A stretch of DNA of 64,000 nucleotides from Eledone cirrhosa. Its lineage: Eukaryota. The notes below the pieces were generated by a model. The model saw nothing but the letters and a program-made list of their open reading frames with translations, ran no database searches and had not been told where the DNA came from. Of this stretch, positions 63,141-64,000 are shown one piece after another; within the stretch, counting starts at the first letter, position 1; each line of letters begins with the position of its first letter. The stretch spans positions 1 through 64,000 of the forward strand of contig CAXHJY010000333.1 of NCBI GenBank assembly GCA_964016885.1. The letters are read 5' to 3'. Position numbers and translations under genes: made by a program.

Positions 63141-64000
63141 TCAATATATCAGCCAAGAAATTAACACAACCAGAAATACAACTGTTAGAAAATGGACTGA
63201 AGTTCACTCCCACTCCGAAAGCAGACACAGCCGATGTTATAAACGACACAGAAGAATACTGTCGAAAATTACGCTTAGGAGAATTCTTCCAGGGTGTACA
63301 ATACGAGGAAGAATCACTGGTGAAAAACAAAAAGAACTTCACACCCCCGCTAAATAGAGATAAATACCTGGAGGAATACATAACCTGCCTTCGCCGATCA
63401 GCACGTACAAATACGGCCGAGACGAAACACAAATGCAACATCCCTACAGACCAACTACTAGCATTGAACAAGCTACAAAGAGATTCCTCAATAATAATAA
63501 AAGAAGCGGACAAAGGTGGAGCAATCGTCATCATGGACACAAACCACTACAAAGATATGGTCCTAGCACACTTGAATGACGAAAACTTCTACAGGAAAAT
63601 CACTAAAAACGAAGAAAGGAAATCGAGGAACCAAATAGGCAAACTAACAACAAAGTACCAAAACAACCTAACACCAAAAGAAGTAGATTACCTAACCAAC
63701 TTCGAAATGAAAACCAGCAATTTCTATGGATTACCAAAAATTCACAAATCCATAGAAATCCAAAACAACATAAAAGGGAAAAATACATCATACATCGAAG
63801 CACCAAAACCGAGAGACTTAAAATTACACCCCATTATTGCTGGCCCAGCCTCAAGCACACAACGTCTAAGCAACCTATTAGACATCATACTCAAACCCCT
63901 ATGTAAAAAAGTTCCAAGCTACATCAGAGATGATATGGAATTCCTTAACTATATCCCCCAAAAAGTACACCAGGATACAATCCGAGTCAGTTTTGATGTA
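63044..64000 (+). CDS. PLE reverse transcriptase N-terminal region, -1 frame, runs off the window (absent from the ORF track)
   Basis: Hand translation has no stops: IINISAKKLTQPEIQLLENGLKFTPTP, RKLRLGEFF, IIIKEADKGGAIVIMD, FYGLPKIHK, LHPIIAG, SYIRDD, VSFDV. Confidence 0.95.

Overview
Eukaryotic, gene-poor and repeat-saturated DNA. It is very probably coleoid cephalopod (octopus-like), inferred from the abundant tRNA/Meta-domain SINE and the kilobase (TA)n/(CA)n tracts. No host protein-coding exon could be supported, and almost all ORFs in the track are microsatellite translations. The real content is mobile DNA: three Penelope-like retroelement (PLE) coding fragments (GIY-YIG at 13.8-14.2 kb, RT thumb plus GIY-YIG at 44.2-45.2 kb, and a two-ORF element at 61.9-64 kb), about 15 hammerhead ribozyme (HHR) motifs from several families, RTE and CRE LINE fragments, about 15 SINE copies, Helitrons, a TA-flanked TIR element, a probable LTR with a tRNA-Trp PBS, and several minisatellites. 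Four observations stand out. (1) A coiled-coil ORF1 overlaps an AUG-less PLE RT frame through an in-frame U_UUU_UUA slippery heptamer, which suggests programmed -1 frameshifting. (2) A tandem ~500-bp HHR repeat resembles a retrozyme. (3) One HHR has a 115-nt stem II. (4) Several unrelated HHR-bearing families share a head-to-head inversion architecture and insert into (TA)n. All coordinates were read by eye and repeat boundaries are approximate.
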